A stretch of 63,990 nucleotides of DNA, filler included, from Craspedostauros australis (lineage: Eukaryota): the NCBI GenBank assembly GCA_030167865.1. It is 20 parts of 20 records of this genome, joined end to end, with 100 filler letters (N's around TTAATTAATTAA, not from the genome) between each part and the next. Parts side by side here need not be neighbours in the genome. Positions count along the whole stretch, not along the records: positions 62,768 to 63,990 come from JALAGF010005126.1; 19 more parts are not named here. One strand, written 5' to 3'. This document shows, one piece after another, positions 62,768 to 63,990 of this stretch. Below the pieces are notes generated by a model. The model searched no databases. It saw only the letters and a program-made list of their open reading frames with translations, and was not told where the DNA came from. The translations under genes were made by a program, and so were the position numbers. Position 1 is the stretch's first letter. Each line of letters opens with the position of its first letter.

Positions 62768-63990
62768 GCCTCTCGAGCCGCTCTTTGTGATGGTGAACCA
62801 AACCACTGCCATCAATGACAACAAGTTCCTCGAAAAGAACTATGACTTCGCTCGACTCAAAGAAAACCTCCGCAACCGCCTCAAGATGTACTCAATGTAC
62901 GAGCCATTCCAAATCATCCCATCCACTCGGAATGAGGCCGGGGATCTTGACTTCGATCGAAGCGCCGCAGACGATACCTTCATTGACCTGCTGGACAACG
63001 CGTTCACGCTCGACCAAGACGTTGTACTCCGTTCTACCGAGATCTACTCTCNNNNNNNNNNNNNNNNNNNNNNNNNNNNNNNNNNNNNNNNNNNNNNNNN
63101 NTGATGCGGCCACCCGAGCCAACAACCGTATCCTCATTACCAAGGAAGAACGCGCTGCACTCGAAGGCAAGGACCGCACCAAGGTTAGAGAACAAGCTGT
63201 TGAGCCTCTCGAGCCGCTCTTTGTGATGGTGAACCAAACCACTGCCATTAATGACAACAAGTTCCTCGAAAAGAACTATGACTTCGCCCGACTCAAGGAA
63301 AACCTCCGCAGCCGCCTCAAGATGTACTCAATGTACGAGCCATTCCAAATCATCCGATCCACTCGGAACGAGGCCGGGGATCTTGTCTTCGATCGAACCG
63401 CCGCAGACGATACCTTCATTGATCTGCTGGACAACGCGTTCACGCTCGACCAAGACGTTGTGCTCCGTTCTACCGAGATCTACTCTCTCTTCGGTGGGAA
63501 AGTCAACCAGCAGAACCTCCAATGGTCGCTTGAGCTCATCCTTTCCTCTTGTGACGACTCTCTCATCGAAGCCATTGCTGCTCGCATGCAACAGATCCCG
63601 GAGGAGCTCCGCACAGGACCAATGGCCTACTACTTCATGGAATGCATCGCCGCAAGGACAACATCTGAAACTGCTCGAGCTATCACGAACAAGATCGCTC
63701 AGTTCAGGATGACCAACATCAAAAGCCAAAACATTGAAACATTCTGCCAGATCATGAGAGCAGCCATCCATCGAATCAAAGCCTCACCGCTTGGGATTCC
63801 AGCTGACATGAACGACATGCTCTTGAAGGTTATCAGAACCTGCACAAACAAGCCCTTCGTCGACTACTTCAACATGCGTGAAGCTGCCCTCGACGCAACT
63901 GGCAACGACCCTTTCACTTGGGAGCAAATCCTCGAAATGGCTCTGAAGAAGTACACCAGCCTCATCAATCAAGAGATATGGTTTGCTCCG
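62768..63990 (+). mobile_element. Probable CoDi-like Gag; open frame 63103-63990 (296 codons) runs off the window, and 62768-63051 is a variant duplicate
   Basis: Manual translation: NLQWSLELILSSCDDSL...TGPMAYYFM...QNIETF...KKYTSLINQEIW, a pattern resembling diatom Copia Gag; no zinc knuckle is visible within the window. Confidence 0.65.

Overview
This is eukaryotic, repeat-rich draft assembly, most likely from a diatom or related stramenopile (inferred from CoDi-like Copia proteins, a diatom-type LRR protein and an 'RGLE' family protein). It is not one locus: 20 short scaffolds are joined by 19 artificial N-TTAATTAATTAA-N linkers, so neighbourhood across linkers is meaningless. About half the window is Ty1/Copia LTR retrotransposon from at least four families (my labels A-D), including a near-complete family A element (25607-33274). 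It also holds two copies of a Tc1/mariner transposase (DD38D), several satellites and inverted repeats, and a few host genes: a ~32-repeat LRR protein, a STAND-like ATPase/TPR protein, a small diatom-type hypothetical protein and a low-complexity protein. Most notable observations: (1) two divergent Copia families share an unannotated helical domain between the Gag zinc knuckles and the protease, with identical motif spacing; (2) similar LTRs flank divergent pol genes; (3) an inverted repeat brackets a very short PPT; (4) the LRR gene has an invariant framework, hypervariable surface residues and shuffled modules.
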